Virus record (IMG/VR): IMGVR_UViG_3300009408_000009
Length of the DNA stretch: 60,405 nt
From: an uncultured virus (IMG/VR IMGVR_UViG_3300009408_000009)
Taxonomy: Duplodnaviria; Heunggongvirae; Uroviricota; Caudoviricetes
Strand: one strand, 5' to 3'
A program made the position numbers and the translations under genes. How positions within the stretch are numbered: the first letter of the stretch is position 1; the number at the start of each line of letters is the position of its first letter. Below, piece after piece: positions 26,069 through 36,636 of the stretch. The notes beneath the pieces are model-generated. The model did not search any database. It worked only from the letters and a program-made list of their open reading frames with translations, and was not told the DNA's origin.

Positions 26069-28441
26069 TTATAATACTTTAGATTTCAACATTTTCTGTA
26101 AATCGTTACCAAACGCACCAATTACAGCATTTTGACCGACACCCTTTGTTCTGTATTTTTCCCTGCCAATTTCAGCGTTAGTTGTATCAAATAATAATGT
26201 AGCAGTATCTGCACTAACTTTTAAAGTTTTTCTTAAATGGTTAAATAATAATTTTTTATCATCATCAGTAACTACAGTACCATTAAAATGACTCAAAGCT
26301 GCTAAAGAATCTCGCATTGTTTTAGAATTTACGGTATAACCAGCAATATTCATATCACCAATATCATCTTCGTTTTTATATATGTATCTGTCCCAGTGCA
26401 TTTGCTTCATGTATGATTCAATATACGTTTGCATATATGGCCCATTTTGGTTTGGGTGAGTTCCAAATTTAGTATGAGTCATTGGTATTGAATTAGTTTT
26501 TTCATTTAATTTCATATCAGACGATAAAAATGTATCTATTGATTCATTATATGTATCTGTATTTAGAGTATTTTGATTCATTTTTGTACTAGGATAAATA
26601 TAAGCGTTCTCCCATGTGTTATCATGTCTAGTCAAATCAGTTATTAATTGAGTATGAGCTACAGACATCGAATCGCGTGTTGTAGCTCCAACTTTTTCAA
26701 TCCAATTCATATCAGGTGATAACATTGTATTTAATGATTCGATAGAAAACGGTTGTGCTCCTATATTTTTATATCCATTCACAGTTTTAAGTGTTAATTC
26801 TTTAAGTTTTAAATTTTCCAACTCAATATTATCACGTCGCATTCTATTATATACCGCTCTAACTAATTTTACATCATCAGATACTTTTATTATATATTTT
26901 TTTACTGAATTGGTGTTATCACCATCTTTTGCTAATCCAAACACAACACCTGCTATAACATTATCTGTATATGGTGGTTGTATATTGTTTTCTCTAAAAT
27001 ATCTATTAATTTTTACGCCTATCGCAGAATCTAACTTTATTGATTTTTTTAAATCAACCATATAATTTTTTCTGCGTTTTTGGCCTCCATCAAAGTTTTT
27101 AAATAATTCACCTAAATTATGTTTTTCTGAATATTCTATTGGATTATCAATGTTATCGCGAACCGCTTGTCCAGAGATACTACCTGCAGTTTCTACAATT
27201 TTTGCTGCACCTTTGGTAATTTTAGATAAATTATCTACTATTTGTTTTGCATCTCCTTCTGTCATATTATAATCCCTTGCTACAGATTTAGCAGCTAATT
27301 GCATTACAGCTCCACGTTTATTAATAGTAGAATTAAATACAGGCGCACTAAATGATTTTTTATTTGAAGTGTGTTTAAATCCGATAGTGTTATCATTAGT
27401 TTCATACAAAATACCAGTATCGGTATCTTCTCTTAATTTAATAAACTTTAATTGTCTTGTATAAAATTTTTCTTTTGAACTATCACCGTTTTGTACAGCA
27501 GTAGCTACTTTATTTTTAAAAAAATTAATTAAGGTTTGTTTAGTATTATTCCTATTATTTACCGGATCCATTATTCCAATTGGATATGGACTAGATTGAG
27601 GCGATTTAAAATTATATATGCTATTAGATTCTAATTCGTTTAATTCACTTTGGCCAGTTTTATAAGCTATTTTCATCCACTTTATAATATCATTATCTGT
27701 TAATCCTTTACTAATAGCAGAATATTTTATATCATCAAAATTATTTTGCAAAAAATCATCTTCGGATGTATTATGTTTATATATAGATTCAACCGATATA
27801 ATACCATATAATTCACCAATTGTAGAACCGCCAGTACCAGGTTGAGTTTTTTTGCCACTAAGAATATCTTCACGTTCAGATTTGAATTTAGTTATATCAA
27901 CTTTTTCTGAACTGCCACCTTCTACTCTTTTTAATGTATCTGCTTCATCTTTTATTTTCTTTTGATACATAGGGTCACTAAACGTTTTTTTAACATTTTC
28001 CTCAGCATCTGATTTTGTTTGGTCTGATTCTGAATTTACATTACTAACAATTGGATTACTCTGAGCAGTTGTATTATTAGTAGCACCGCCGGCTTCCCCT
28101 TGTGATGCTTTTTCTTGTTCATATTCACTTGTTGACATTGGGGTATAATTATCATTATCGTCTTTTTTATAATGTTTAGCTCCTTCTTTTCCTGTATTTG
28201 CTGATTTATCAAAATCAGCTTTTCGCACGTATGCACTGCCTCCAACGTGTATGTAGTTATTATCATCTTTATCTTCTATTAAAAAATCTAAAGTTGGCTG
28301 TACTAATTCAGGAAATCCTCTTTCATATAAAATTTCTGATAATAAAGATTGTTGAGATTTTTTTGTAAAATCAACAATACCATCTTTGCAGCGATATCCA
28401 ACTTCGGATATTATACTACTTATAAATTCCTTGCTTTTCAT
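26069..28441 (-). CDS. Large hypothetical (possibly virion) protein
   Basis: 790-aa ORF; no catalytic motif recognised. Confidence 0.6.
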   Translation of the reverse strand: MKSKEFISSIISEVGYRCKDGIVDFTKKSQQSLLSEILYERGFPELVQPTLDFLIEDKDDNNYIHVGGSAYVRKADFDKSANTGKEGAKHYKKDDNDNYTPMSTSEYEQEKASQGEAGGATNNTTAQSNPIVSNVNSESDQTKSDAEENVKKTFSDPMYQKKIKDEADTLKRVEGGSSEKVDITKFKSEREDILSGKKTQPGTGGSTIGELYGIISVESIYKHNTSEDDFLQNNFDDIKYSAISKGLTDNDIIKWMKIAYKTGQSELNELESNSIYNFKSPQSSPYPIGIMDPVNNRNNTKQTLINFFKNKVATAVQNGDSSKEKFYTRQLKFIKLREDTDTGILYETNDNTIGFKHTSNKKSFSAPVFNSTINKRGAVMQLAAKSVARDYNMTEGDAKQIVDNLSKITKGAAKIVETAGSISGQAVRDNIDNPIEYSEKHNLGELFKNFDGGQKRRKNYMVDLKKSIKLDSAIGVKINRYFRENNIQPPYTDNVIAGVVFGLAKDGDNTNSVKKYIIKVSDDVKLVRAVYNRMRRDNIELENLKLKELTLKTVNGYKNIGAQPFSIESLNTMLSPDMNWIEKVGATTRDSMSVAHTQLITDLTRHDNTWENAYIYPSTKMNQNTLNTDTYNESIDTFLSSDMKLNEKTNSIPMTHTKFGTHPNQNGPYMQTYIESYMKQMHWDRYIYKNEDDIGDMNIAGYTVNSKTMRDSLAALSHFNGTVVTDDDKKLLFNHLRKTLKVSADTATLLFDTTNAEIGREKYRTKGVGQNAVIGAFGNDLQKMLKSKVL

Positions 28442-28458
28442 TTGTATTTTATAATTTA

Positions 28459-28797
28459 TTAATATTTATGGTATTTAGCTAGTTTTTTAGAAACTAGCCA
28501 GTCGTTAAGACATACTAAACCCGTTTCAGTTTCTAAATATGTATCGGCTACATAATTAGCATTTTTATCTGGAGTAGCTTTGTATGTTTTTATTATAACA
28601 TTTTTATTTAAGATTAAAGCTCTTAATTTATCGCGTGAAATTCTTCCAATTTCTTGGTCTATACCGTGTACTTGCGGGGCTGTAATACCGTATAGTCTAA
28701 TAGTTAATGTGTAGCAAATTTTGAAACCCAACTGAATAATCACTCTGATAGTATCACCATTAGGTACACTCACTACTTTAGCATTGTATTCATACAT
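28459..28797 (-). CDS. Thermonuclease (SNase)-like protein, degenerate active site
   Basis: NGDT, IRLYGITAPQ, LNDWLV; the usual DGDT and DKYGR are altered. Confidence 0.65.
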   Translation of the reverse strand: MYEYNAKVVSVPNGDTIRVIIQLGFKICYTLTIRLYGITAPQVHGIDQEIGRISRDKLRALILNKNVIIKTYKATPDKNANYVADTYLETETGLVCLNDWLVSKKLAKYHKY

Positions 28798-28899
28798 ACT
28801 GTAAGGGCGTTGTGCATCTTTTTGTAAAAAATACGTGTTAATATATCATTCCTTAGTTATAAGTATATAAAACTATAGCTAATATGCATATTTATATGA

Positions 28900-30195
28900 T
28901 TAAACCTGCGAATAATCAGTTCCCCACGATGCTTTTACTGGATATCCAAAACTTTCTAATATGTTTTTTATATTTTTTGCTTCATTTACTCCATTATTTT
29001 TGTCATATTCAAAAAGAAATGCGTCATATGAATATAGACACAACGAGTTTATTCCATTTTCATATAATTTTGAAATTATTTTCATATTTGTTTCTGTTTC
29101 AGTTGCTTGTAATAAATAATTGAAAACTTTTTGCGGTGTAGCATTATCTATCCAATTCAAAAATATTTTTCTGCCAGATGGTGTTTTAACATATCCATAT
29201 TTTTTAGCTTTGTTATATATTTTTTGAATATATAAGTCTACCTTATTAAAAAACGGAATTTTTTTATCTTCCGTATTAACCCCTCCATAAAGTATTCTAA
29301 ACGTTCTAGATTTTGATTCTGTATAATTACAACCATACATATTAGCCAACCATAGGTGCGTCGATGTTTTTGGTAATTTAAAATTTATCATCTTTGCAAT
29401 AAGTCGTACATGATATGCATCGTAATCAAATGATAAAAATATTTTATCAAATCCCGGTATAAAAATTTCACGTGTGCCATCATTTTTATTAAGAGCTCCA
29501 TAATTAATACCAGCATGATGATTAGATGGTCGTGATGTTATTGTATATGGATTATATTCTGTATAAACTTTGTTTTCTTTAATATGTTTTATTGCATTCG
29601 GAAATCTATTTATAAATTTTTTCTTATCTATATGAATACCATGTTGTTCTAATTTTGATAAAATCGGTATCATTACTTGGTCTACCCAATTATCTGTAAA
29701 TGAGTATAATATAATATTTATTAAGGGGGTAGTAATACCTCGTAATACCTCAATCCACTTCATTATAGGAATGCTTTTACCTAAATCATCGTGTAACCCT
29801 AATCGAGTATAAAACCCCGTTAAATCTCCTATTTTTTCATCAATCTGATATAACTCATTATTATTAAAAAAGTTATCTGCTTGCATATCATATAAATTTT
29901 GAATGCCTAAATTTGTCTGCAATAATCCTTTTTTATAAAATGTTTTTTTCTTTTGAGTTGACCGAGTTAAATCAATATTAAGTCGTTCGCAATCATTATG
30001 ATTAAAAGGTAAAATATAATCCATTTTATATAATCCTTGATCAGTTTCATCATCGCGAAACCTCACATATAAAAATGATATATCATTATTCATTGGATGT
30101 GTTTCCGTATCTGCCCAAACGGGAAATATCAAACACGGTTCAGTATTCCAATAATTTAAAAAATTATCTATATCTTTTTTAGTTTCTAGTATCAT
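28900..30195 (-). CDS. Divergent family A DNA polymerase-like protein
   Basis: TSRPSN, FDYDAYHVR (motif A-like), KSRTFRILYG (motif B), NYLLQ, YSYDA (motif C-like). Confidence 0.75.
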   Translation of the reverse strand: MILETKKDIDNFLNYWNTEPCLIFPVWADTETHPMNNDISFLYVRFRDDETDQGLYKMDYILPFNHNDCERLNIDLTRSTQKKKTFYKKGLLQTNLGIQNLYDMQADNFFNNNELYQIDEKIGDLTGFYTRLGLHDDLGKSIPIMKWIEVLRGITTPLINIILYSFTDNWVDQVMIPILSKLEQHGIHIDKKKFINRFPNAIKHIKENKVYTEYNPYTITSRPSNHHAGINYGALNKNDGTREIFIPGFDKIFLSFDYDAYHVRLIAKMINFKLPKTSTHLWLANMYGCNYTESKSRTFRILYGGVNTEDKKIPFFNKVDLYIQKIYNKAKKYGYVKTPSGRKIFLNWIDNATPQKVFNYLLQATETETNMKIISKLYENGINSLCLYSYDAFLFEYDKNNGVNEAKNIKNILESFGYPVKASWGTDYSQV

Positions 30196-30225
30196 TAATT
30201 CTATCTAATTAATCTTTGTGAAATA

Positions 30226-30483
30226 TCAATTAATAGGAGATAAAATTAATGCGCGAGGGTTCTTTTTTAATTCTTCGTATTCATAATCAGTCATACAATT
30301 ATCTTCTGCAGTCCATTCATCAAAATATACGTCTCCATTCCAAGTTGTTTCAGGCATATATCTAGCTTCAAAGTTTGCTTGAGATAACGGTGAATACCCA
30401 TTTCCTTCTGAGTCATGTTGCAATATTACCTCCATATCGTCAGGAAGATTTTCAATATAATTTTTCAATTCTTTAACAGTCAT
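30226..30483 (-). CDS. Hypothetical protein
   Basis: MTVKEL...DSEGNGYSPL small phage protein. Confidence 0.6.
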   Translation of the reverse strand: MTVKELKNYIENLPDDMEVILQHDSEGNGYSPLSQANFEARYMPETTWNGDVYFDEWTAEDNCMTDYEYEELKKNPRALILSPIN

Positions 30484-30495
30484 TTTTTTTTTTAT

Positions 30496-30669
30496 TTACA
30501 TTAGTGGTAATGAAATTCCATTAATATTAATTAAACTAATAAATCTTCCGGCTCTATAATGCTCAAATCCTCTAATTCTTGCTTTTTTAAGATTAGGAAA
30601 AGATTCAATAAAGTGACCTCTACCTTCTAAAGCTTTACTGGTTACTGTGTATTTTCTGATTTTTGTCAT
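30496..30669 (-). CDS. Hypothetical protein (57 aa)
   Basis: MTKIRKYTVTSKALEGRGHF...; ATG overlaps the upstream stop. Confidence 0.45.
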   Translation of the reverse strand: MTKIRKYTVTSKALEGRGHFIESFPNLKKARIRGFEHYRAGRFISLININGISLPLM

Positions 30670-30965
30670 AATTTAATGTTTACAGTTATATTATTTTTAT
30701 TTATTCCTCGTTTTCCAAATTTTTTAATAAAATGATTAAGAGTTAAATCGCAATAGTCATCTTCCCAATCGCCAATATAATATAATTTATGAATTTCATT
30801 AATTACACCTTTACTATATAAATTTTCATCTAAAGTATCTGAAACAATAGAGTTTTTTATTTTACTAAAAAAATCTTTTGGCGGTAGTTTTGGTGGATCG
30901 ACTGACTTTAATTTTTTCCAAAAATTAAATATTGATTTACGTTTGAATTTTTTGCTAGAATCCAT
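30666..30965 (-). CDS. Hypothetical protein
   Basis: 99-aa ORF. Confidence 0.45.
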   Translation of the reverse strand: MDSSKKFKRKSIFNFWKKLKSVDPPKLPPKDFFSKIKNSIVSDTLDENLYSKGVINEIHKLYYIGDWEDDYCDLTLNHFIKKFGKRGINKNNITVNIKL

Positions 30966-31154
30966 TGAATCTGGATTGATGTTCCAACCTACATTGTCTT
31001 CAGTTTCAAAATAACTGTTATTTATTTTTTTTCTGATTTATATTTTAGTAGGGGGTTATCTACTAGAAAACTCCAAATATTTGGAGTCCTTTCTCTGTCC
31101 AATCTAACATTATATTTTATTTTATGTAAATATACGAAAAAAAAATGAGAAATC

Positions 31155-31337
31155 CTAATTTTTTCTATTGTTATTTTTTGAAAGATACACAATTTCACCC
31201 ATAAGTTGGCCGATACCAACTATAACTGTAAATTCAAATCCAGTTATTTTCCACATTACCCAATATATAAATGAATATATTAAATATTGAACAACTCTTG
31301 AATTACTCCAACTTTCGTTATTTTTAAATGTTAACAA
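31155..31337 (-). CDS. Small membrane protein
   Basis: Two hydrophobic stretches; coupled to the upstream ORF. Confidence 0.5.
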   Translation of the reverse strand: MLTFKNNESWSNSRVVQYLIYSFIYWVMWKITGFEFTVIVGIGQLMGEIVYLSKNNNRKN

Positions 31338-31696
31338 TATTTAAGTGAATCTATTCCTAATTTATTATATAGTAAAGTACTGTAGTTGGTTTCTCCAGTA
31401 TTACCACTTTTTATTGAAATACTAAGAGTTTTATGCAACATATCATAAAACTCTTTTGAGATTTTTTCAAACCCTACTGGTTTTACGATATATTTATCAT
31501 TATTTTCCCATTCAATAATATCACCAACTGAAACTGATGGTGAACTTTTTGCGTGTACCTCGTTTTGACCATACTCAAAAACTTTATTCAAATCGTAATT
31601 AATATCGCCCGTTAATATACTATAAGGAACGTTAACTATTCGCACCATTCCTTTATTAAATTTCATTTGTTCTACTTTAAATTCTTTAGTACCCAT
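31331..31696 (-). CDS. YodL-like domain protein
   Basis: SVSVGDII...YIVKPVGFEKI. Confidence 0.5.
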   Translation of the reverse strand: MGTKEFKVEQMKFNKGMVRIVNVPYSILTGDINYDLNKVFEYGQNEVHAKSSPSVSVGDIIEWENNDKYIVKPVGFEKISKEFYDMLHKTLSISIKSGNTGETNYSTLLYNKLGIDSLKYC

Positions 31697-31726
31697 ACTT
31701 TTTAATTTTTATTATCTTGTTATTAT

Positions 31727-31760
31727 AGCAAAGATACAAAAAAAAATAGAGATATACAAG
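31727..31760 (-). promoter_or_regulatory. Canonical Bacteroidota -33/-7 promoter
   Basis: TTG...TATCTTTGC matches the TAnnTTTG consensus. Confidence 0.7.
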
Positions 31761-31813
31761 TTTTTTTACTATTAATTTTCTTTATGTAATATACAAAAAA
31801 ATATTTATATTTC

Positions 31814-32209
31814 CTAATTTTTCTTCCAATATTGTATTAAGTTTGGCAAGTACATATTTAGATTTCTGATATTGACAGATGCTAATTGGATTGATGTTTT
31901 ATTAGAAAGTTTGACTCCTTTATCAATTATTTTCTTTTGAGGATTTCTGATAATTTCTTTTGAGCCACTAATTCGCCATCGTAAAGTTGTGGTATTGAAT
32001 AATACAGAAGATGATAATCTTCCATAATCTGATGCGGATATTTCAAATATAGGTGCTGATGAATCATTCACACGTTGAGTAAAATATCTATTAATATATC
32101 CTTTGAAATAATCATTTTTGGTAGGAATTATAACAGATGCTTTAACTTTTACATTTAAGCGTTTAAATTTTCCATTTGTTAAATTAGTATATTTATCGTT
32201 TATATTCAT
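31814..32209 (-). CDS. Conserved tail-region hypothetical protein
   Basis: PT..DY..GYI.RYF motif; last gene of the baseplate cluster. Confidence 0.6.
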   Translation of the reverse strand: MNINDKYTNLTNGKFKRLNVKVKASVIIPTKNDYFKGYINRYFTQRVNDSSAPIFEISASDYGRLSSSVLFNTTTLRWRISGSKEIIRNPQKKIIDKGVKLSNKTSIQLASVNIRNLNMYLPNLIQYWKKN

Positions 32210-32211
32210 AA

Positions 32212-34716
32212 CTATATTTTAATATTTCTCATTGTTGCTTTTACGGTAGTTTTCCATAAATTATCACTTATGTCATGTGAAACTTCCATTATCTGAAACG
32301 TTCCTGATTTAAACACACTTGGTAAATCTATTATACGAAATAAATCACCTATTTTGAGACCAGAAATTCCATGAATTTCAAAATTAAATTCAATGCTCAA
32401 TATAGCAGGATTACTTATTGAGTGTGAACCATTAGCAATACTAAGTTTGCCTTCATCTCGCAATCTTATAGTTGTTAATAATGAACTATCACTCCAACCA
32501 CCTACTAAGAAAAAGTTTTCTACTGTGGTTTTATTACTACTAGAAAGCCAATCAAACCACCCATTTCTGATATCAGCTCGACTTCTAAATTGATGTTTTG
32601 GAATTATAATTGCTTTTTTCATATATAATTCTAAATTTTGTTTTTTAATCTGGTCTTGTGATAATTTTTTACTGCTAGTTGGTGATGGTTCAACAGTTGC
32701 GTTATTTACTGATTTAAAACTATTTAATATTGCTACTACTCTATCTTGGGTTTTACTAAAAAAGAAACTTCTAGGTAGAGGTTGACCTTCAGCTTGAGTT
32801 TCTACTTTAAGTGAACTTCGTTGTCCTAATATTGTATTTTGCATAATAGCAGGAATATCCATATTTAGGTCAGATGATAAAAATGGACATCCAATTCCCT
32901 TGCTTTGAAACTCTGGAATTTTAAGTTTTGTCTTATCTATATTTCCTAAAAATGTAGTATCTTTTATTTCTAATTGGTAGTTAGGTAAAGTTGATTTTGA
33001 TTTTGATTTTTTACCAAATTTTATTGGATTATTTGCATTTTCATATATTTCAAATTCCCAATAAGAATTAGCTGCAGACGATATACCATTTAATAATTCA
33101 TAATAAATATCTTTGGCAACATAATTGCTTCTGGATATTACGTTTATAAAAAAATCAAAATTAATATATAAATCATCTAAATATCCATAATTTTCAGCTT
33201 TATATGTAACTGATGTTTGGGTTTCTTTTAAAAATTTAGGTAGTGAATCATGTGTTTGAGGAAACGCATAATCATTGTTTGAGTCATCCTCAAACATATT
33301 GCCATTTACAACTGATCCTGATACATTGTTTTCTATTCTGTCTACATCAATAGGCCATTTGTCTATTAATTTATGAGATGTAATTGCATTAACTAATCCA
33401 AATTCTGGTAATTTACTATTTGGTATATACAATTTACTTAAATCTGTTGAAAATATGTGAGAATGCGCGCGAATTACAGTATCGCGTGTATTAATTTTAT
33501 AACTGTATGTAGTTACTTCGGAACAATTTTTAGCAGGAAGTGGTTCTAAATTAGCATTATATGTATTTAATATGGCAAATGCAAGTTCAATTCGTATAAA
33601 TGAGTGCTTTTCAGATATTAATTCAATTCCATCCGGAATATCACTAGTTATTGTAATATTACTAGCAGTGTCAGTTTTCAATTTTATAGTAGACCCAGCA
33701 AGACTTCCAATATCTTTACGTATTTCATCATCTATATTAATATAGTTTCCTGGATCATTCCATGGTCTGCCACGTTTATCGACTTGATTATCTTTTACTA
33801 AGTTTTTAACTAATTCAGTCTGTTTTGCTAATGGTAGTTTATTGTACATTTGCATAAATAATCCACGACCATATGTGTTTTTATTTTTAGCAGCTGTGTC
33901 AATTGCTTCTGGTTTAAATTTTATTCCAGTATCGGTTGATATAGCAGAAAATTTATCATTTAATAATACTCCGTTTTTTTGAACTTGTAAATATGCGGGT
34001 ACTTGACCAATAGATACTAATTCTACACTTACGATATAAGTATCATTCTCTGCGTTTTTATAACCACCGCCTGTAATACGTCCCATAAATCCATCGTATG
34101 TTCCATTTGATTTTTTTCTTTTACTTAAAATTGTATTATAATTATTATATGCTGCTATAGCGCAAGGCCCCTTTTGTTTTAAATCTGCCTTACTGTTTAT
34201 TGAATCGCGTGTATTCCAGCCAAACTCTACTAATACAGCAAATCCAGGTTCGTAAAAATGCTTAGTTACAATTTCTGCTTGTGATAATGTATAACACTTA
34301 ATATCAAAACTTGCTTTACGAGTTAAACCTCTGCCTCCGTTTTCAATGGTTAGCGAATCTATGGTAGGTGATGGTCTATGAGCTCTGTCCGGTGAATCGG
34401 TATACACAGAATTTCCCTTAAAATCAGTTCCAACCCTTCCTGAACGACTGTTTCCACCGTATGCAGTTGTGAATGAATTATTTTCTGGCAAACTTTCTAA
34501 TATTAATCCTTTACCTTCTGCTACAGTATTTTCACCATTTAGTAAAGTTCCGGTTACATTAGTTTTTTGAATTGCAGGATGTTTACCTACAGTTCCAGCT
34601 GATGATATACGTATCCATGCCAATAACTTACTTGTATCAATATTGTTATTAGCGCGAGATTTCATCAAATCTACTGTATATTTTTGTAATGCTCCTAATG
34701 CAGGAAATACTCCCAT
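32212..34716 (-). CDS. Baseplate hub-like tail protein
   Basis: LVEFGW; C-terminal GISGLKIGDLF...VSH...WKT; position after LysM gene. Confidence 0.6.
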   Translation of the reverse strand: MGVFPALGALQKYTVDLMKSRANNNIDTSKLLAWIRISSAGTVGKHPAIQKTNVTGTLLNGENTVAEGKGLILESLPENNSFTTAYGGNSRSGRVGTDFKGNSVYTDSPDRAHRPSPTIDSLTIENGGRGLTRKASFDIKCYTLSQAEIVTKHFYEPGFAVLVEFGWNTRDSINSKADLKQKGPCAIAAYNNYNTILSKRKKSNGTYDGFMGRITGGGYKNAENDTYIVSVELVSIGQVPAYLQVQKNGVLLNDKFSAISTDTGIKFKPEAIDTAAKNKNTYGRGLFMQMYNKLPLAKQTELVKNLVKDNQVDKRGRPWNDPGNYINIDDEIRKDIGSLAGSTIKLKTDTASNITITSDIPDGIELISEKHSFIRIELAFAILNTYNANLEPLPAKNCSEVTTYSYKINTRDTVIRAHSHIFSTDLSKLYIPNSKLPEFGLVNAITSHKLIDKWPIDVDRIENNVSGSVVNGNMFEDDSNNDYAFPQTHDSLPKFLKETQTSVTYKAENYGYLDDLYINFDFFINVISRSNYVAKDIYYELLNGISSAANSYWEFEIYENANNPIKFGKKSKSKSTLPNYQLEIKDTTFLGNIDKTKLKIPEFQSKGIGCPFLSSDLNMDIPAIMQNTILGQRSSLKVETQAEGQPLPRSFFFSKTQDRVVAILNSFKSVNNATVEPSPTSSKKLSQDQIKKQNLELYMKKAIIIPKHQFRSRADIRNGWFDWLSSSNKTTVENFFLVGGWSDSSLLTTIRLRDEGKLSIANGSHSISNPAILSIEFNFEIHGISGLKIGDLFRIIDLPSVFKSGTFQIMEVSHDISDNLWKTTVKATMRNIKI

Positions 34717-34718
34717 AT

Positions 34719-35009
34719 TTATTTATTAAAATTATTAATAATAGTTATATAATCTTTTGGTATTCGTAGTATTGTACCGTCATCTACTGCAAAAACGCCA
34801 TCATGAATATTATTTGCGCTTGCGATTATCCACCATAACGATTGATCATCATAAAACTGTTTAGCCAATGTATCTAATCTATCGCCTTGTTGTACAACTG
34901 CATATATATCCGTATCATCTAATGGTATATTTGGATATATTTTTGTTCTATACGTCTCACGACCATCTGATAATTTGTTAATTTTTGTATTTTCGTTTCT
35001 ACTTGCCAT
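34719..35009 (-). CDS. LysM-containing baseplate wedge protein
   Basis: GDRLDTLAKQFY...LWWIIASAN...LRIP. Confidence 0.8.
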   Translation of the reverse strand: MASRNENTKINKLSDGRETYRTKIYPNIPLDDTDIYAVVQQGDRLDTLAKQFYDDQSLWWIIASANNIHDGVFAVDDGTILRIPKDYITIINNFNK

Positions 35010-35012
35010 ATT

Positions 35013-36635
35013 TTATAATAAAGTTTTAGGTACTGAAAATGTATTTAGTTTCGCCAATTTAGTTATATTAGAAGTTAGAGCAGCAGGGCCAGTTCGTGGA
35101 CTTTCATTAAACGTCATATTAGTTTTAGTTAAACTAGTAGGATTAGCATATAATCCTTTTGATTCTACCCCAATATTTTCAATAAATTTAATTGAGACTG
35201 ATACATCTATGTATTTTGGTAATAATCCAACACTAGGATCAATCTCCCATGTTGTATTATCAGGTAATGTATAACTTAGTGAACTTATATACCCTACTTT
35301 GTTATTATACATATCACCAAGTCTAAAATTAATAATTGGTGGATTAATTAATGTACCTCTATCTTTAATTGTTTTAAATTTAGGGTACGTGTATTCAGTT
35401 AATTTTGTAATTTTTTGCCAGTTATTAATTAATTCTTGACTATTCATACAATAAATTTGTAACGAAAATGTTAATTCTCTGCCAACACCGCTGTATGTAT
35501 AAAATTCATATGGATTACCAAAAAAAGAATTAGATGACCAATTTGGCGAAACAGTTTCAGTAATGCCATTTAATAATGTTCTAAAATGAGTTTTTGGTGT
35601 TTTTGTATCATCTTGTCTACCAATCCAAAACGGAACTAAATCATATTTTTCATATTTTTCTGTACTATAATTTACAGTATTAGTCGTATTAACATCTTGC
35701 AAATTTATAATATCGTGTGTACCTTTAGGTTGAGTTGAACCAGCTAATTGTGGAGCAGCAATTCCATATTTTATTTCTAATGAATCTTTTGTAATTTTAT
35801 TATCTAACTTATCGCCAGTATTGCCAGTATAAGGGGTATCTATACTGTATGATGTTAATTCACTACCAAGTGATGTATTATCTCCAAATTTTTCTTTTCT
35901 AATTTGGTGACCTAATTCGGTTGTCCATAACTCACTATGTCGGTCTACGCCATATATTGGTGAATATTTTGCTAAATCAATAGGTTTTATATGTTGAAAC
36001 GTTTCAAGGATCTCTTTGCGAAACTTAGTTTTATTACCAACTTGTTCTTTATAATTTAATTTCTTCTTTACATCAGTATATGTATTTGTATTACTATATT
36101 CAAAAAAATTTAAAGGTTTTGGAGTTGTAATTCCGGATGATACTGTATTACCAAATAAAGCGTTTCTTAGTTTATCTTTTCCTAATTTAATAGTATTTCC
36201 TAATAATTGATGTCCTATTGTTTTTAAATTTCCGCCACCAGTTTGTTTTAAAAATTTACCAAATTCAGTTCCATTTTTTTCATCTATTACATCTTGTGCA
36301 GTTTTATCGCCTTTCATTTCCGCAGCCACAGTAGTTGGTATTAAAGGGTGCGGAATACCTAGTGTTTCATTTACTTTGTTACGAACCGTAGTTATGGCTT
36401 TTCCAAGAATTCCGCTATTACCAACTTTACCAGTAGCAGCAGTTTTCATTACATCTAATGTTGGGGTGGTTCTTAATGCTATACGAGTTGTATCACTTCC
36501 ATATAGTAATGGATTATTTGCATCCGCTAAACTGCGGGTACGGATTCCATTAAGTTCTTCTTTTACTAATGTTTCTGAGTTAGAAGTTATATTGTCATAT
36601 ACTGAACCTTTAAATAAATCTCTTAAACTTGCCAT
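35013..36635 (-). CDS. Baseplate / tail tube initiator-like protein
   Basis: C-terminal FYTY.G..R, PPIINFRLGD, WEID...LPK; follows the tape measure gene. Confidence 0.55.
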   Translation of the reverse strand: MASLRDLFKGSVYDNITSNSETLVKEELNGIRTRSLADANNPLLYGSDTTRIALRTTPTLDVMKTAATGKVGNSGILGKAITTVRNKVNETLGIPHPLIPTTVAAEMKGDKTAQDVIDEKNGTEFGKFLKQTGGGNLKTIGHQLLGNTIKLGKDKLRNALFGNTVSSGITTPKPLNFFEYSNTNTYTDVKKKLNYKEQVGNKTKFRKEILETFQHIKPIDLAKYSPIYGVDRHSELWTTELGHQIRKEKFGDNTSLGSELTSYSIDTPYTGNTGDKLDNKITKDSLEIKYGIAAPQLAGSTQPKGTHDIINLQDVNTTNTVNYSTEKYEKYDLVPFWIGRQDDTKTPKTHFRTLLNGITETVSPNWSSNSFFGNPYEFYTYSGVGRELTFSLQIYCMNSQELINNWQKITKLTEYTYPKFKTIKDRGTLINPPIINFRLGDMYNNKVGYISSLSYTLPDNTTWEIDPSVGLLPKYIDVSVSIKFIENIGVESKGLYANPTSLTKTNMTFNESPRTGPAALTSNITKLAKLNTFSVPKTLL

Positions 36636-36636
36636 A

